The notes beneath the pieces are model-generated. The model was not told the origin of the DNA. It saw nothing but the letters and a program-made list of their open reading frames with translations, and ran no database searches. A stretch of 50,397 nucleotides of DNA, filler included, from Jimgerdemannia flammicorona (taxonomy: Eukaryota), in the NCBI GenBank assembly GCA_003990765.1. It is 2 parts of 2 records of this genome, joined end to end, with 100 filler letters (N's around TTAATTAATTAA, not from the genome) between each part and the next. Parts side by side here need not be neighbours in the genome. Positions count along the whole stretch, not along the records: positions 25,252 to 50,397 come from RBNJ01000877.1; 1 more part is not named here. One strand, given 5' to 3'. How positions within the stretch are numbered: position 1 is the stretch's first letter; each line of letters begins with the position of its first letter. The position numbers were made by a program, and so were the translations under genes. Positions 37,054 through 49,318 of this stretch are shown here, piece by piece.

Positions 37054-40000
37054 ATGTGTCCTCCTACATTCTATAGATTTACTACTAAAGAATCAATCTT
37101 AACCTTCATTGAAGACTTTGAACAATTTGCTACTATATAAGCTCTTAATATTGAAACACAATTGGCCCTTCTATCTATCAGCCCCAGAGGACCTGTCAGA
37201 GACAAGTTCAATACAGCTACCATTACTAACAATAGTATAGCCAAACTCACTAATATGAAGAACTTCTTCAGAACTATATACATATTATACTGAAGAGATC
37301 AAGCAAGCTCTCAAAGATCAACTCAATACTATCTGCTAAGAACTCAATAAAGACCCCAACTTATTCTATACTTGAATCTACCAACAGATTGTCTTGGCTG
37401 TCTATGATGATACTCTCAAGGAATAGATAGCTGATTCAATCCTAAAAAATATCTACTATGAAATTGCCCTAGCAATCTGGTCTACTCCAGTTGCTCTAAC
37501 TCTTAACTAGAAAGTGGTCTTTGTATAGAGATATTAGACTACCAGACACTCTGCTGAACACTCAATGGAAAGGATAACTGGCATCAAGATAGAGCTACTA
37601 AAGCCAATTAGTATCATACTTACTATAGCTCTCAATAGATAACTATCTCCACCTACTCCCAAGATGGCCAAAGCTGACCCAGTAGAGAAACTCATCCAGC
37701 AGTTTGTCAAGATGTCTACATACCTTGATGATATTATTAGATACATAAGTATGAAGTACTAATAAGAGACCAGTATAGAGAAGAAGACCACTATGCAAGT
37801 AATTGTATAACTAAAACAAGATACAGAGTTCAACCAAGTAATGCTACCAGAACTAGAGAACAAATCAATATGGTAGTTATCAAGAAGATTAGTAACACTG
37901 ATGATGAAGAATACTATGAGGAGTCTAAATTCTATCCTGTTACTGAAGATACCAGAACTCAGTCTAAGCCCTATGACAAGAAGAGCAACAGCAAGCCAGT
38001 TGGAAGACTAAAAAAGACTCCAACCATCACTATTCAAAGTAAGATCCAATCTGAGGAGTTTGATTAAGACATGGAGTTAGATAAAGCTGCTTATCAAATT
38101 ATTGAAGATACTACTCTAGTCTCAGAAAAAAGTGAAAGCAAGAAAGAACAGAAGCTATATAAGACCAAGGTCTATCAGTATGATATCTATAAGATCTCAA
38201 GGAACAGAAGATCAATGCTACTTTTGAACAACTAGCAGAAGTCTCTGTCTTCAGATAGCAGTTGAGAGCAGAACTTGTAACCACTATTAAGAACTAAGAA
38301 TACAAGATCATAGAAGCTTACAATATACAAGAAGATGAATAAGAAGACTTAGGCAAAGAATCTGAAGATCAGTACAAGACCTCAGCCTATACCCAATGTC
38401 AGATTGAAGATTGTATCTTTAATACTATCATTGATATCAGAGCTAGAGAATATCTTATAAGCAAGAAGACAATTGGCTGCCTAGGCTGGAATATTGAAGA
38501 ATCTATCAAAATGATCTATATCACAGTAAATGATATATAAGCTACCCCTCTAGGTAAGATCTGAGAAGTCTTCATCAAGATCAAAAAAGCTACCATCTCA
38601 GTAGATTTAATTATTATGAGTACCACTAACTATGACATCCTCATTAGTAACTAATGGCTTCACAAGACCAAGACTATTATTGACCTCAATGCTCAGAAGA
38701 TACAGATCAACTATAAAGGAAGAAAGGTATGAGTCTCTATCAATATCTACAAAGGAGTACTACCAGATATAGAGAAAGGAGATGAAGAGAATACAGAAGT
38801 CTTCATATACTTAGTATATAAGAACAAGAGCAAAACAACTAAGCTCATAGATGTGCAGTGATATAACAAGATTATTGATGACTATGTCTCTTAAGAAAGA
38901 TGCTCTCATGGTACTAAAATATACTGCTCTGAACACCTAAATAACTGCTGGTTCTATATCAGTGAAGTTAGAAAAATCTGTTAAAAAAAGTATAAGCAAG
39001 AAGTAGCTAAAGCAAAAAAGAAAGCCAAAGAAGATGACCAGCCCCCAGAGCATTAAGCTGATAGTAATAATGAGGAGGAACAAGAACCAGACATCACTCT
39101 CAAGATCAAGAAGTTTCACCTTAAAGCTAAGATCCCAGAATACAAAACTGAAGGAGCTATAGAAATAGACCTTATCAGTATCCAAGATACTATCCTTGAA
39201 CCACAGACCACTACTCTACTTAGTACTGGTATTAGAGTTAAGTTATCAGAGAGTCATGCCAGAATTATCAAGACCAGGAGCTATTTGGCCAAGAGTGAAA
39301 TCTCAGTTGAAGGAGGAGTCATTGACTCTGATTACACTAGTGAGATCTTCCTTATAGTCAGGAATCACAACCCCACCACTCCATTTGAAGTCAAGAAGCA
39401 TGACAGGATTGATCAGATACTGATCCATAAAGTTAAGAAGTCTAAGATCACTGAAGCCATTAAACTCATCAAGACTAAGAGAGAAAAACAAGACTTTGGA
39501 TCTACTAGAAGAGGAGTCTATACTACTACTAAGATTACCAAACACAAGCACAAGAAAGTCAAGGATCAGAATAAGCATATATATATATACCATTGGAGAA
39601 AACTTTCTCCTAAAAGAACAACTTCTCAAGATCCTGCACTAGAATAAAAGAGTACTCACTACAGACTTCAGGAAGAACTCAAGTACTACCACAAAGTTGA
39701 CACCAGTAATACTAAGCCCATCTACTAGAAAGCCAGACCCATACTACCTACCTACAGAGAATGGCTGCAAGCAGAACTCAAAGAAATAGAAGAAGCTGAT
39801 ATCATCAGGCAAGCTATTAGTCTCTGTGCTTCACCCATTGTCCTCATCTCAAAGAAAGAAAGCAAGCCTGGAGAGTTTGCCCTAAGACTCTGTAATGATT
39901 ACAGAAAGCTCAATGCAATTACCAAGAAGGATAGGCAGCTCTTGCCAAATATTCAAGAAATCCTTACTACTCTTAGAAGTGAAGCCAATTACTATACTAC

Positions 40001-40999
40001 CTTGGATCTGTTCTCAGGCTTCCATCAGATTGGTCTCATTCAAGATGCCAGTGAGAAATCAGCCTTTATCATACCTGATACTATCTATATCTACCTATGA
40101 ATACTATTTGGAATATGCAATACCCTAGCAGGTTTTCAGCAAATGATGAATAGAGTCTTTAGTAATGAAATTGAAAAATGGCTCTTTGTCTATATTGATG
40201 ATGTGATCATCAGTAATACTACACAGAAATATATCAACTATATACAGTTAGCCCTTAAGAAGCTCAAGGAGTATGGCCTCTATATCAAGCCCAAGAAGTA
40301 CAAGTTTGCAGCTTAAGAAATTACCTACCTAGGACATATCATCAACTAGAGTAGAATTCATATAGACCCCATAAAGATTGAGACTATCACAGCCTACCCA
40401 AGACCCAGAACAACTACAGAAGTCCATGTCTTCCTTGGACTGGCCTCCTACTATAGAAGATTCATCAAAAGATACTCCAACATTATAGTATCTATCTATG
40501 AGCTACTGAAGAAGAAGATCAAATCTAGAAATATCAAGAAATCTTCAACAAACTCAAGACTAAGTTGACCCAAGCACCCATTTTCAGAAGACCAGATTGG
40601 AACCTAGAGTTCATCCTCAGACAGATATAAGTACTATAGAACTTGGAGTAGTACTAGCTCAGAAGAAAGATGGATATGAATATGTCATCTTCTATGCAAG
40701 CTGAGGTATCCACAGAGCAGAACAGAACTACAAGTTATGTAAGCTTAAATACTTAGCAATAGTCTGGGCAGTAGACAAGTTCCACTACTACTTAGCTGGG
40801 AAATACTTCATAGACTATTCTGCTCTTACCTAGCTATTCCACACTCTGAATCCTAAAATAATATATGCCAGATAGATCTACAGACTGCAAGAGTATAACT
40901 ATACTATCAAATACTACTCAGGAAGAACCAATGCCAATACTGATGCACTTTTTAAAGATACCCCAAAACACTCCCATCAAGACTATTCAACATGAATAA
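37054..40999 (+). pseudogene. pol: E2 gag-pol (gag, protease about 38400-38760, Cys/His module 38901-38957, dUTPase about 39100-39510, RT-RNaseH about 39600-40999)
   Basis: IIDIRAR (PR), RSYLAKSEISVEGGVIDSDYTSE and REKQDFGSTR (dUTPase), LDLFSGFHQI, YIDD (40191-40202), YLGHII, FLGLASYYRRFI, GRTNANTDAL. Confidence 0.92.
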
Positions 41000-42175
41000 G
41001 AAGCTATACTATAGATTAATCAGCTATCTTAGGCAGCAGAAAATGCCCAACTACCTCAAACCCTGGACTATCACTATTATAAACCAGACTTGGAAAAAAT
41101 TTGAACTAGACAACACCACACTCAGAAAAAGAGAAAAACTCATTATATCTAAATACAAGAAGTATCAAATAATGATGGAAGTATATATAAGGACACCTAG
41201 GAGGAACCAATATATATAACAAGGCAAAAAGAACCATATGGTGGTCTAAGATAGAAGAAGACCTACATCAATTTATCAAAGGGTATGACAAGTGCCAAAA
41301 ACAGAAATAACATCAGCAAAACCAGATACCTGGATCATCAAGAATCAAATCTATCCCCTTCCACCATATTACAATGGACATCATTGGACCACTATTAGTA
41401 ACTCTATCAGAAAACCACTATTGTAGATCTCTTTATCAAATAGATAGAAGCAAGAGTATTACAAGAAGTCAATGCTCTCTCTATTGCTGACTTTTTATAC
41501 TGAGAAATCATCTACCACTACAAGACACTAAGAGAAATCACCACAGACTATGGTACAGAATTTTTCAACAGATTCTATGAGATAATATATCAGAAATATA
41601 AGATTCAGTATATCAAGACTACTGTGTATCACTCTCAAGGAAATGGACAAATAGAAAGAATAAACAAGACCCTCAAGAACATTCTGACCAAGATCTCAAA
41701 TACATATGAGAATTGGGATAACTACCTCCTAACTGCCCTCTCTATTCTACAAGATATATAGTTACAGAGTACACATTTTACCTCAAGAGAACTGCTTTTC
41801 AGAGAAGAAGATTCTGATGAAACCTCAGCTACAAATCTAGATCTAACTTAGTAACAGATTAACTCAGAAATCTGGAGACTACACCAAATCAGGAAGAAGG
41901 TAGAAGATTACATCATCAAGTTACAAGCAATAATAAGGAAGAATGTGGAAAAGAATCACAAGACCCTAGAACTTATTCAAATTGGAGAAAAGGTTCTACT
42001 ATATCAAAATATAATAGAAGCCTCATAGTTACAAAAACTGAAGCCCAAATGGGAAGAACCCTTCTATGTACAAGATATCAAGAGAACTACCTTCTGGCTT
42101 AGAAAACTCTTAGGGACCATACTGCCTACCATAGTATATAGAAATAGACTTAAGAAGTACTATGAACCTATATAA
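40992..42175 (+). pseudogene. int: E2 integrase, in a separate ORF starting MNKKLYYRLISYL
   Basis: GHLGG, DKCQK, MDIIGPL, TTDYGTEF, HSQGNGQIERINKTLK, KWEEPFYV. Confidence 0.9.
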
Positions 42176-42187
42176 GAGAAACAAAAT

Positions 42188-42498
42188 ATGATGACTACCT
42201 GTAAGGTTCTAGTCCATAAATCATAACAGCATATCCTATGACCAGCAGGTAATCTGTCTGGATCATTCTCTAAGGAATATGGTATAAGTAACTACTCATC
42301 TATGAGATTTTCAAAGCTAGAGAAGTTCAAACTATCAACTGATTGATCAAGATCAGAATCAGACACTTACTCTATATGAAGGAAGCTATCCTTCACCATT
42401 ATATCAAAATATATAAAGAAGACACCAGTCTATAAATATCACTTTTCAACTCCTTGCCAGAGGTTATGGAATTAGAAAATGTTTTCAAACTGGACTAA
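42188..42498 (+). pseudogene. E2 ORF3: small accessory ORF between integrase and PPT
   Basis: ...LLIYEIFKAREVQTIN*LIKIRIRHLLYMKEAILHHYIKIYKEDTSL*ISLFNSLPEVMELENVFKLD*. Same position as E1 ORF3. Confidence 0.5.
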
Positions 42499-42541
42499 TG
42501 AATAAGAACATTCAGGAGAAGATCCTTATTCAGGAGGAAGA

Positions 42542-44095
42542 TGTAACAGTGACCTCAGAATGGTGACATCATTACAGGAGACAGCCTTTTCTTACAAGCT
42601 ATTAGATTAGAGTATAAGAAGATTATATGGTATAACTCACCCAGGCTATAAGATAAGCAATGATGACCAACCATGAGTCATGACAACTATAAGATAGATA
42701 TCTCAAGGAATATAAAAGAAGGACTAAGAAACTGCAGCAGTAGTAACTCAAACAAGACTCACAAAATTCTACAAACAAAATACCTACTGCTTGCCAAACT
42801 GCAAGGTCCAGAAATCACTAAGGCTTCTCAGTTCAAGAAAGGATATTCCAAGACATCAGGAGAGCCATAAGGATCTGTACTAGAAGGATTCCTAGCCTCA
42901 ATCTGGATACTAGTGACTCTTATCACTTTACCCTCTACTGCTATAAAATAGTAACAAGGATCACTACCACTACTGAATATCTCTAGATGTGACAGGAATA
43001 CAAAATAGGAAACTTCCTCTATCAGAAATTCCCTCAGACCAGTCCCCAAGAGATATAAGATGCCACTCCTATAGATGCATATAAATTGAGGGTAGCCAAA
43101 AAGATCCATCAGGTCTTCAGATATATATCTTGGTCAATCTCCAACTTGGAGTATACCAGAGTCTCAGACTTCAAGAAATTGTCAGCCTGCTATACAGATA
43201 CACTAGAGGCCATAGTGGTCACAGAAGTCCAATCTACTATCACTCTCAAAAGTGATGAGGTAAAAGAGTTCTAGAATTCCATCCTCAAGGATTAATCTCA
43301 GTATTCTAAGGCTCCAGTATCCAGGTCAGACTCTCTCAAAATTCCACCTTTGTTTCTTACTTTGTAGAAGAAAAAGTCATAGATTGGAGAGCCCCTGATC
43401 TCCTTCCTACTGCCATCAAACATGATGATATTACTGGTGATAATATCATCCTGCTAATTAACACATATGAAACAAATGAAACAGAAATATTCACTGATCT
43501 TATTTTCTTCAAAGATATCCTATCTCCAACCTTTAGCCTTGATAATAGTGACAAAGACAAAGCCCTCAGTAGTTTGAACATTCTACTCTGATTTGTTTAT
43601 ATAACTATTTGTTTAAATACTTAAATGTTCTGGCATTCTGACTTTATGCAACTGTCAGAAATTATTCCAGCATTCTGATCTTGTTTAACCAATTGTATGA
43701 GCACTTGAATTTATACTTACAACCTGAAGTTTTCTATATTCAAATATATTATTTAGTTATTGGATTTTATATTTAGCTTTATATCTTAATAACTATTAAA
43801 TTACATTTTGTATAAATACTCCTCTCATTTTCTTTGAAATAAAGTCAGTATTAAAACACTCAAGTATTCAAGTATCCAACTACTCAAGAGTACAGAAGTT
43901 CTGGTCCTCTACTTAATTCCATACAAGTAAATCTAAGAGACAACAGAATATTTAAAGATAAGAAGTTTGAGGACTATAAGATCTTAGAAAGGCACTCCAA
44001 TAGAACTTACTTATAAGAAACTTATAGTTGGTCTAAGAGATATATCTTGAAGAGAATCTAATATACTCAGAGAACTTAGTACCTACTATATGACA
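42542..44095 (+). repeat. E2 3' LTR (1554 bp)
   Basis: Runs TGTAACAGTGACC...TATGACA. TATAAAA at 42711, TATAAA at 43811, AATAAA at 43838. Confidence 0.95.
42780..43591 (+). pseudogene. LTR-encoded ORF, 3' LTR copy
   Basis: Reads through, in frame, both junctions that are frameshifted in the solo LTR: ...DATPIDAYKLRVAKKIHQVFR... and ...QVRLSQNSTFVSYFVEEKVIDWRAPDLLP... Confidence 0.78.
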
Positions 44096-44346
44096 ATATA
44101 TATATTGTAACGGTGACTCCAGAATGATGACATTAGTACAGGAGACAGTCCTTCCTTGCAAGCCACCAGATCAGAGCACAAGAAGATTATATGGCATATG
44201 AGATGAGCAATGGTGACCAACTGTGAGTCATTGTGACCACAGTATAGTATCTCAAGGAATATAAAAGAAGGATCAAGGAACTGCAGTAGCAGCAACCAAC
44301 AAGACCCACCAATCCCAAAATAGCTCAAAGACTTACCACAAATGAA

Positions 44347-45191
44347 ATGCCTGCCACTTGCCAAACCTCAAGATCAAGGAACCACCAAGGCACCTCAGTT
44401 GAAGAAAGAATGTTCCAAGACATCAGGAGAGCTATGAGGACCTGCTTAAGAAGGACTCCTAGTGTTGACCTGGGTACTGCAGACCTATATCACTTCATTC
44501 TCTACTGCTGTGAAATGGAAATGAGGATCACCATTGCTACCAAATGCCTCCAAATATGGCAAGAGTACAAAATAGGAAACCTCCTCTGCTGGGAGTTCCC
44601 ACAGACCAGCTCTCAAGAGCAACAAGATGCCACTCTCATGGATATATGTATGCGAGACAAGAATAGCTAAGAAGATCCATCAGATCTTCAGGCATGCACC
44701 ATGGTTGATCCCCAACTTGAAGTATGTCAGAGTCTCAGACTTCAGAGACCTGTCATCCTGCGATATCAATGCACTAGAAGCCAGGGTGGCTACAGAAGCT
44801 CAGTCCACAATCACCCTCAATAGTGATGAAGTAGAAGACTTCTGGCACCCCATCCTCCAGAACAACCCAGACCAATTCCTGCAAGGATTGATCTCAGTAT
44901 TCCAAGGCCCAAGCATCCAGGTTAGACCTCTCCAAGACCCTCTATTTTGTGGAAGAGAACCTCATAGACTGGAGAGCTCCAGATCTCCTTCCCGATTTCT
45001 CTACCACCAAACATAATGATGTCATCGGTGATGATGTCATCCTGCACAACTTCGAAGTATGCGAAACACATGACCTACATGATGAATTCATGGACCTCAT
45101 CTCCTTCAAAGATATTCTGACCTCTGATGATGAGGATGAAGCCCCCATAGTTCTGAACTTTCTGCTCCAAGTTCTTTGTTACACTGAATAA
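44347..45191 (+). pseudogene. LTR-encoded ORF of about 280 aa, best-preserved copy (two frameshifts)
   Basis: ORF-track pieces 44347-44670, 44627-45016 and 44949-45191 join into one protein. TATAAAA at 44260 is upstream and AATAAA at 45472 is downstream. Confidence 0.8.
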
Positions 45192-45345
45192 TGCCAGCAC
45201 TGGCATTCTGAGATGATGCAGAATTGTTCCAGCACCGGTATTCTGAGGTGATGCAGAATTGTTTCAGCACTGGTATTTTGATGTAATACTAAATAATGCC
45301 AGCACCAGTATTCTGATATAATACTGAATTATACCAGCATCCTGA
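45185..45345 (+). repeat. 35-bp tandem array (about 4.5 copies) in the solo LTR
   Basis: cagca(c/t) recurs at 45195, 45230, 45265, 45300 and 45335. Confidence 0.92.
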
Positions 45346-45762
45346 ACCTATACAACCATCAGTACCGACCCTGGAACTTAGTAGTTTTAGTTATTGGAAT
45401 TTATATTTAGCTTTATATCTTAGCAAACATTGAATTATATTTTGTATAAATACCCCTCTTATTTCCTCTGAAATAAAGTCAGTTCCTCTCAGTACAATAT
45501 ACATACTTCCTTGCAAGCAATCTAAAAGATAACAAGATAGTTTAAAGATAAGAAGTTTGAGGACTATAAGACCTTAGGAAGGCACTCCAATAAGAACTTG
45601 CTTATATCAAACTTGAGTTAGTCTAAGAGATACACCTTGAAGCGAATCTGGTGTATTTGAAGGACTCAGTGACCACTATGTGACAATATATATAATATTT
45701 AAAATATAGAAAGACTTTTTAAGGATCTGAAAAATAGTTATATTAATATAGAGATTATATAA

Positions 45763-47260
45763 TATTGGAATGGTAACTTGATATACCAGTATATGACTTA
45801 TGCTATCTCATCAATTTTATATTATTTATTAATAATGTGTAAAATATATAACCTATATAACTTTAATAAAATTGATCTCTTTTACAACAAAGGTTATAAG
45901 CCTTGCTAGTGCTAAGTACATAGCTATAGTAATCCATCTCTTTAATATATATAAAAATATTAAGTGAAGATCAGCCTAGCTACTCTAGCTATATAGATAT
46001 ACTAATTGAAAGTATTTTAGCAATATTATAAGAAAAACAGTCTCAGTTATTAGTGTAAATATATATGATCAAGAGGTCTATCCCAGTCTTTAATAGGAAA
46101 GATTATACTATTTAGACATTTAGTATGATGAATCTTTTGAAAAAATGCAGCTTGGTAGAGTATATAAAGTTACAGGTACAAATTCAAGATTAAGATACTG
46201 TAAATAATTATTAAGCATTATATGAGATCACTTTTATTCTTTCAAACTCACAAATGAAGCTTGTAATATATATTACAATAGTATATAATATGTGAGAAGC
46301 TCTATACAATTATTATATATAGGTATCTATATATATTAAATTATTTTAACCTAAAATCTCAGTTATTTAATATTCAAATAAAATACAAAAGGAGATTATT
46401 TACAAATATACTGATTATGTTTATAATTTAGTAAATTAAGTGAATTCTCTCAATATATCTGCAGATTATATTGATGATAAAGATAAGATCTTAATACTTT
46501 CAAGAGGTCTCTTAGAAGTATATATATAATATTATTATTACAGCTATACATAAAAGCAGTAAGTTGGCAGATTATACCTATATAATAATGAGTATTATGA
46601 ATGAGAATATATACTAAGAAAACAGTATTGATGATAATGATAATATCTTATATAAGTTCTGCAGACATAATAGTAAATAAGACCAAAGCTAGCATAGATA
46701 GAGTCAATGATATAAATAATAATAATAATAGCAAGACCAGTGAACCCAAATTCAAAATCAATATAATATTAGTCATTAATTAAGTATAATGGTTATTATG
46801 AATACTATAGCAAATATAGATATAAGAAGTACTGTTATTATTACTGAGAAAATAATATGAAGAGTAATAAAAATAAGCAATAATATAGAGACTGGTATTG
46901 ATAATATAGAGATAGCAAAAAAAATTATTAAGGTAAAGAGAAGTATAATAATACAAATACTGCTAAAACTGATAATAATAGTAGTATATTCATTATAAAA
47001 GCAATATATATAAAAGACCTTGAGAATATATCTACTACTAAATTCACTAACTCATTATTTACTACTAGTACTAGTTCTGCAAATATAAGATCTATAAGCA
47101 ACTCTACTATCAACCTAATATCTATAACTAGTTAGTAAAGTACTTTTAGACTAATGAAAAGTAGTAATATTATTGAAATTTCTATTATTTTGATAACTTA
47201 ATAATGTGGCTTATATATAACTATATTATCTTTAAGCTATATCATTCAATATATAAATAT
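45763..47260 (+). mobile_element. Ty1/copia remnant 1 (short LTR about 45763-45889, PBS, gag), truncated near protease
   Basis: tattgga...acaaca followed by aggttataagcc, a decayed GGTTATGAGCC half-tRNAiMet PBS as in copia/Ty5. gag is homologous to remnant 2. Confidence 0.65.
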
Positions 47261-47264
47261 ACAC

Positions 47265-49285
47265 TATTTGAAATATATAAAAAATAAAGCTCCTCTTCTC
47301 CCTACTTTATATTTCCAATTAAGATATAATAAAGGTTATAAGTCCTGTTTAGTGACTAATAAGAAATATCTCTCTAAAACTATATATTACTCTATATTAA
47401 AATATTAGTATAGATAAAATAAGAAGTTAGTATAAGTATATCAGCCATAGCAAGCATGAGTATCTCTGGAATAAATACAATCATTACAGCCTCTATAGTA
47501 AATATAAATGTAGTTAAGAGATCAATTTCTATCTTTGATGATAAGAATTATATTATTTGAGTACTCTATAAGAGCAATTTCTTAAAGAAGTATAGCTTGA
47601 TAGAGTATATAAAACTATAGGTATAGATTTAAGATTATAATACTATAAATAATTAATAAGTATTATAAGAGATTATCTTTATATTATTGAACTAGCAAAA
47701 AAAAGCTTATAATATATGCTACAATAGCTCTTAATATATAGAAGACTCTATGTAATTGTCATATATAAGCATTTTTGTCAAATTAATTTTATCTAAAATC
47801 TCAATTATTCAATCTATAAATGAAATACAAAAAGAGTATCTATAAATATGCTAATCATATTGATAATCTAACAAATTAACTAAATTTTCTAAGTATATCA
47901 GTAGAGTATATCAGTAATGAAGACAAGGTTCTAATCCTTATAAGAGGCCTCTCTGAGGCATATAATATCATAGTGGTAGCTATACATAAGAGTAAAAAAC
48001 TCATAGACTATTCCTATATAATAATGAGCCTCATTAATAAAGATATATATTAAGAAAACAGTAGCAATGGTAATAATGAAAAAGAATTCTATAAGTTATG
48101 TAGATGAGATAATAAATGCTAATAAGGTTAGAAATATGGGTTCACCAAGTTTGACAGAAACTGCCATTACTATAACAAGTATAGATATATATATATATAA
48201 TATCTACTATCATAAGAATAAGAAGAATAATGAAAATAAGTATAGAAGTCAGCATTAGTAATATCAGAGTAGTGGAAAGAATATGATGACAAAGAGCAAT
48301 ATAATATAAATACTGCTAAAACCAATAAAAATCAGAATAGAGATATATTCTATATATAAGTAGTATATATATGTCAAGCATTTGAAGAAGACATTATCTA
48401 TATCTATGCTTAAGCTATATACTTTTGAGCTAGTGAAGATAATGATATTAATATAAGTAAAGTATATATATACTAATACAGTTAATAATAATAATATATA
48501 GCTTATAGATTCAGGTATTATACAATATATGTCAGTTTACTAAAAAAATAGTTCTCTATCTATAAGTCCTTTAAGTATTTAATGCTAATTAAATTAAGTA
48601 ATAACAATATTATATACTCAATAAAGAGAAAATATCAGTATATATCTCTATGAAAATATTATAGACTCTGCTGATACTTTCTAGGATATACTATATACTT
48701 TGAAGATACATAGAAAAGAATCTCTTTTTAATTAGCAAAACAATGGCCTGCAGTAATAAAGAAATATATATTCACTTAATGAGAGTAATGATATATAGTT
48801 TGAAGAATAAAAAGGAGATTATAATGATATCAAAATGAGGTAATCTTTATATAATCAATAGTATATTGAGTGGTATAAAACCTCTATATATATAATAACT
48901 ATGTCTGATATATTCAATATATGATATCAATACATAAAATATATAGACAAATTGAGCTTAAAAAGAATGATCAGAAATGGATCCATATGAAGATTACTGA
49001 CAATATATCTCAATAACAACTTCTATAAGGATTGTATAGCAAATAAAACATTTCAGCATCTATTTATAGAATTAATGAAACATGTATCTAGTATACTCAA
49101 TTTAATCTATACAGATATATGTAGACTAACATATACTACTTTTTATAGTAGAAAGAGATATTTCATTATATTTATTAATAATTATATATGTATAAAGTAT
49201 ATGTATACATCTTATAAATAAAGAATAAAGCCTTAGAGAAATTTAAAGAGTTCAAACTGATTACAGAGAACAAAACAAGATATAG
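47265..49285 (+). mobile_element. Ty1/copia remnant 2 (PBS, gag, protease, integrase N-half)
   Basis: aaaggttataagtcc at 47331; LIDSGIIQYM (DSGAxxHM) at about 48500; I*YQYIKYI (WHxRxGH) at about 48920; YKDCIANK; LIYTDICRL (HTDICGP); LEKFKEFK. PR-IN order. Confidence 0.8.
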
Positions 49286-49286
49286 A

Positions 49287-49318
<32 letters not shown>

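Larger units (their letters stand above)
35619..44095 (+). mobile_element. E2: structurally complete but decayed dUTPase-bearing Ty3/gypsy with long gene-containing LTRs
   Basis: Two homologous LTRs, putative PBS at 36931, PPT at 42531-42541, flanking ATAT (35615-18 / 44096-99), and a full domain set. Confidence 0.95.
44106..45685 (+). mobile_element. Solo LTR (1580 bp) of a sister subfamily of E2, less decayed
   Basis: Runs TGTAACGGTGAC...TGTGACA, flanked by ATAT on both sides. No PBS or PPT adjacent. Retains some CpGs. Confidence 0.93.
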
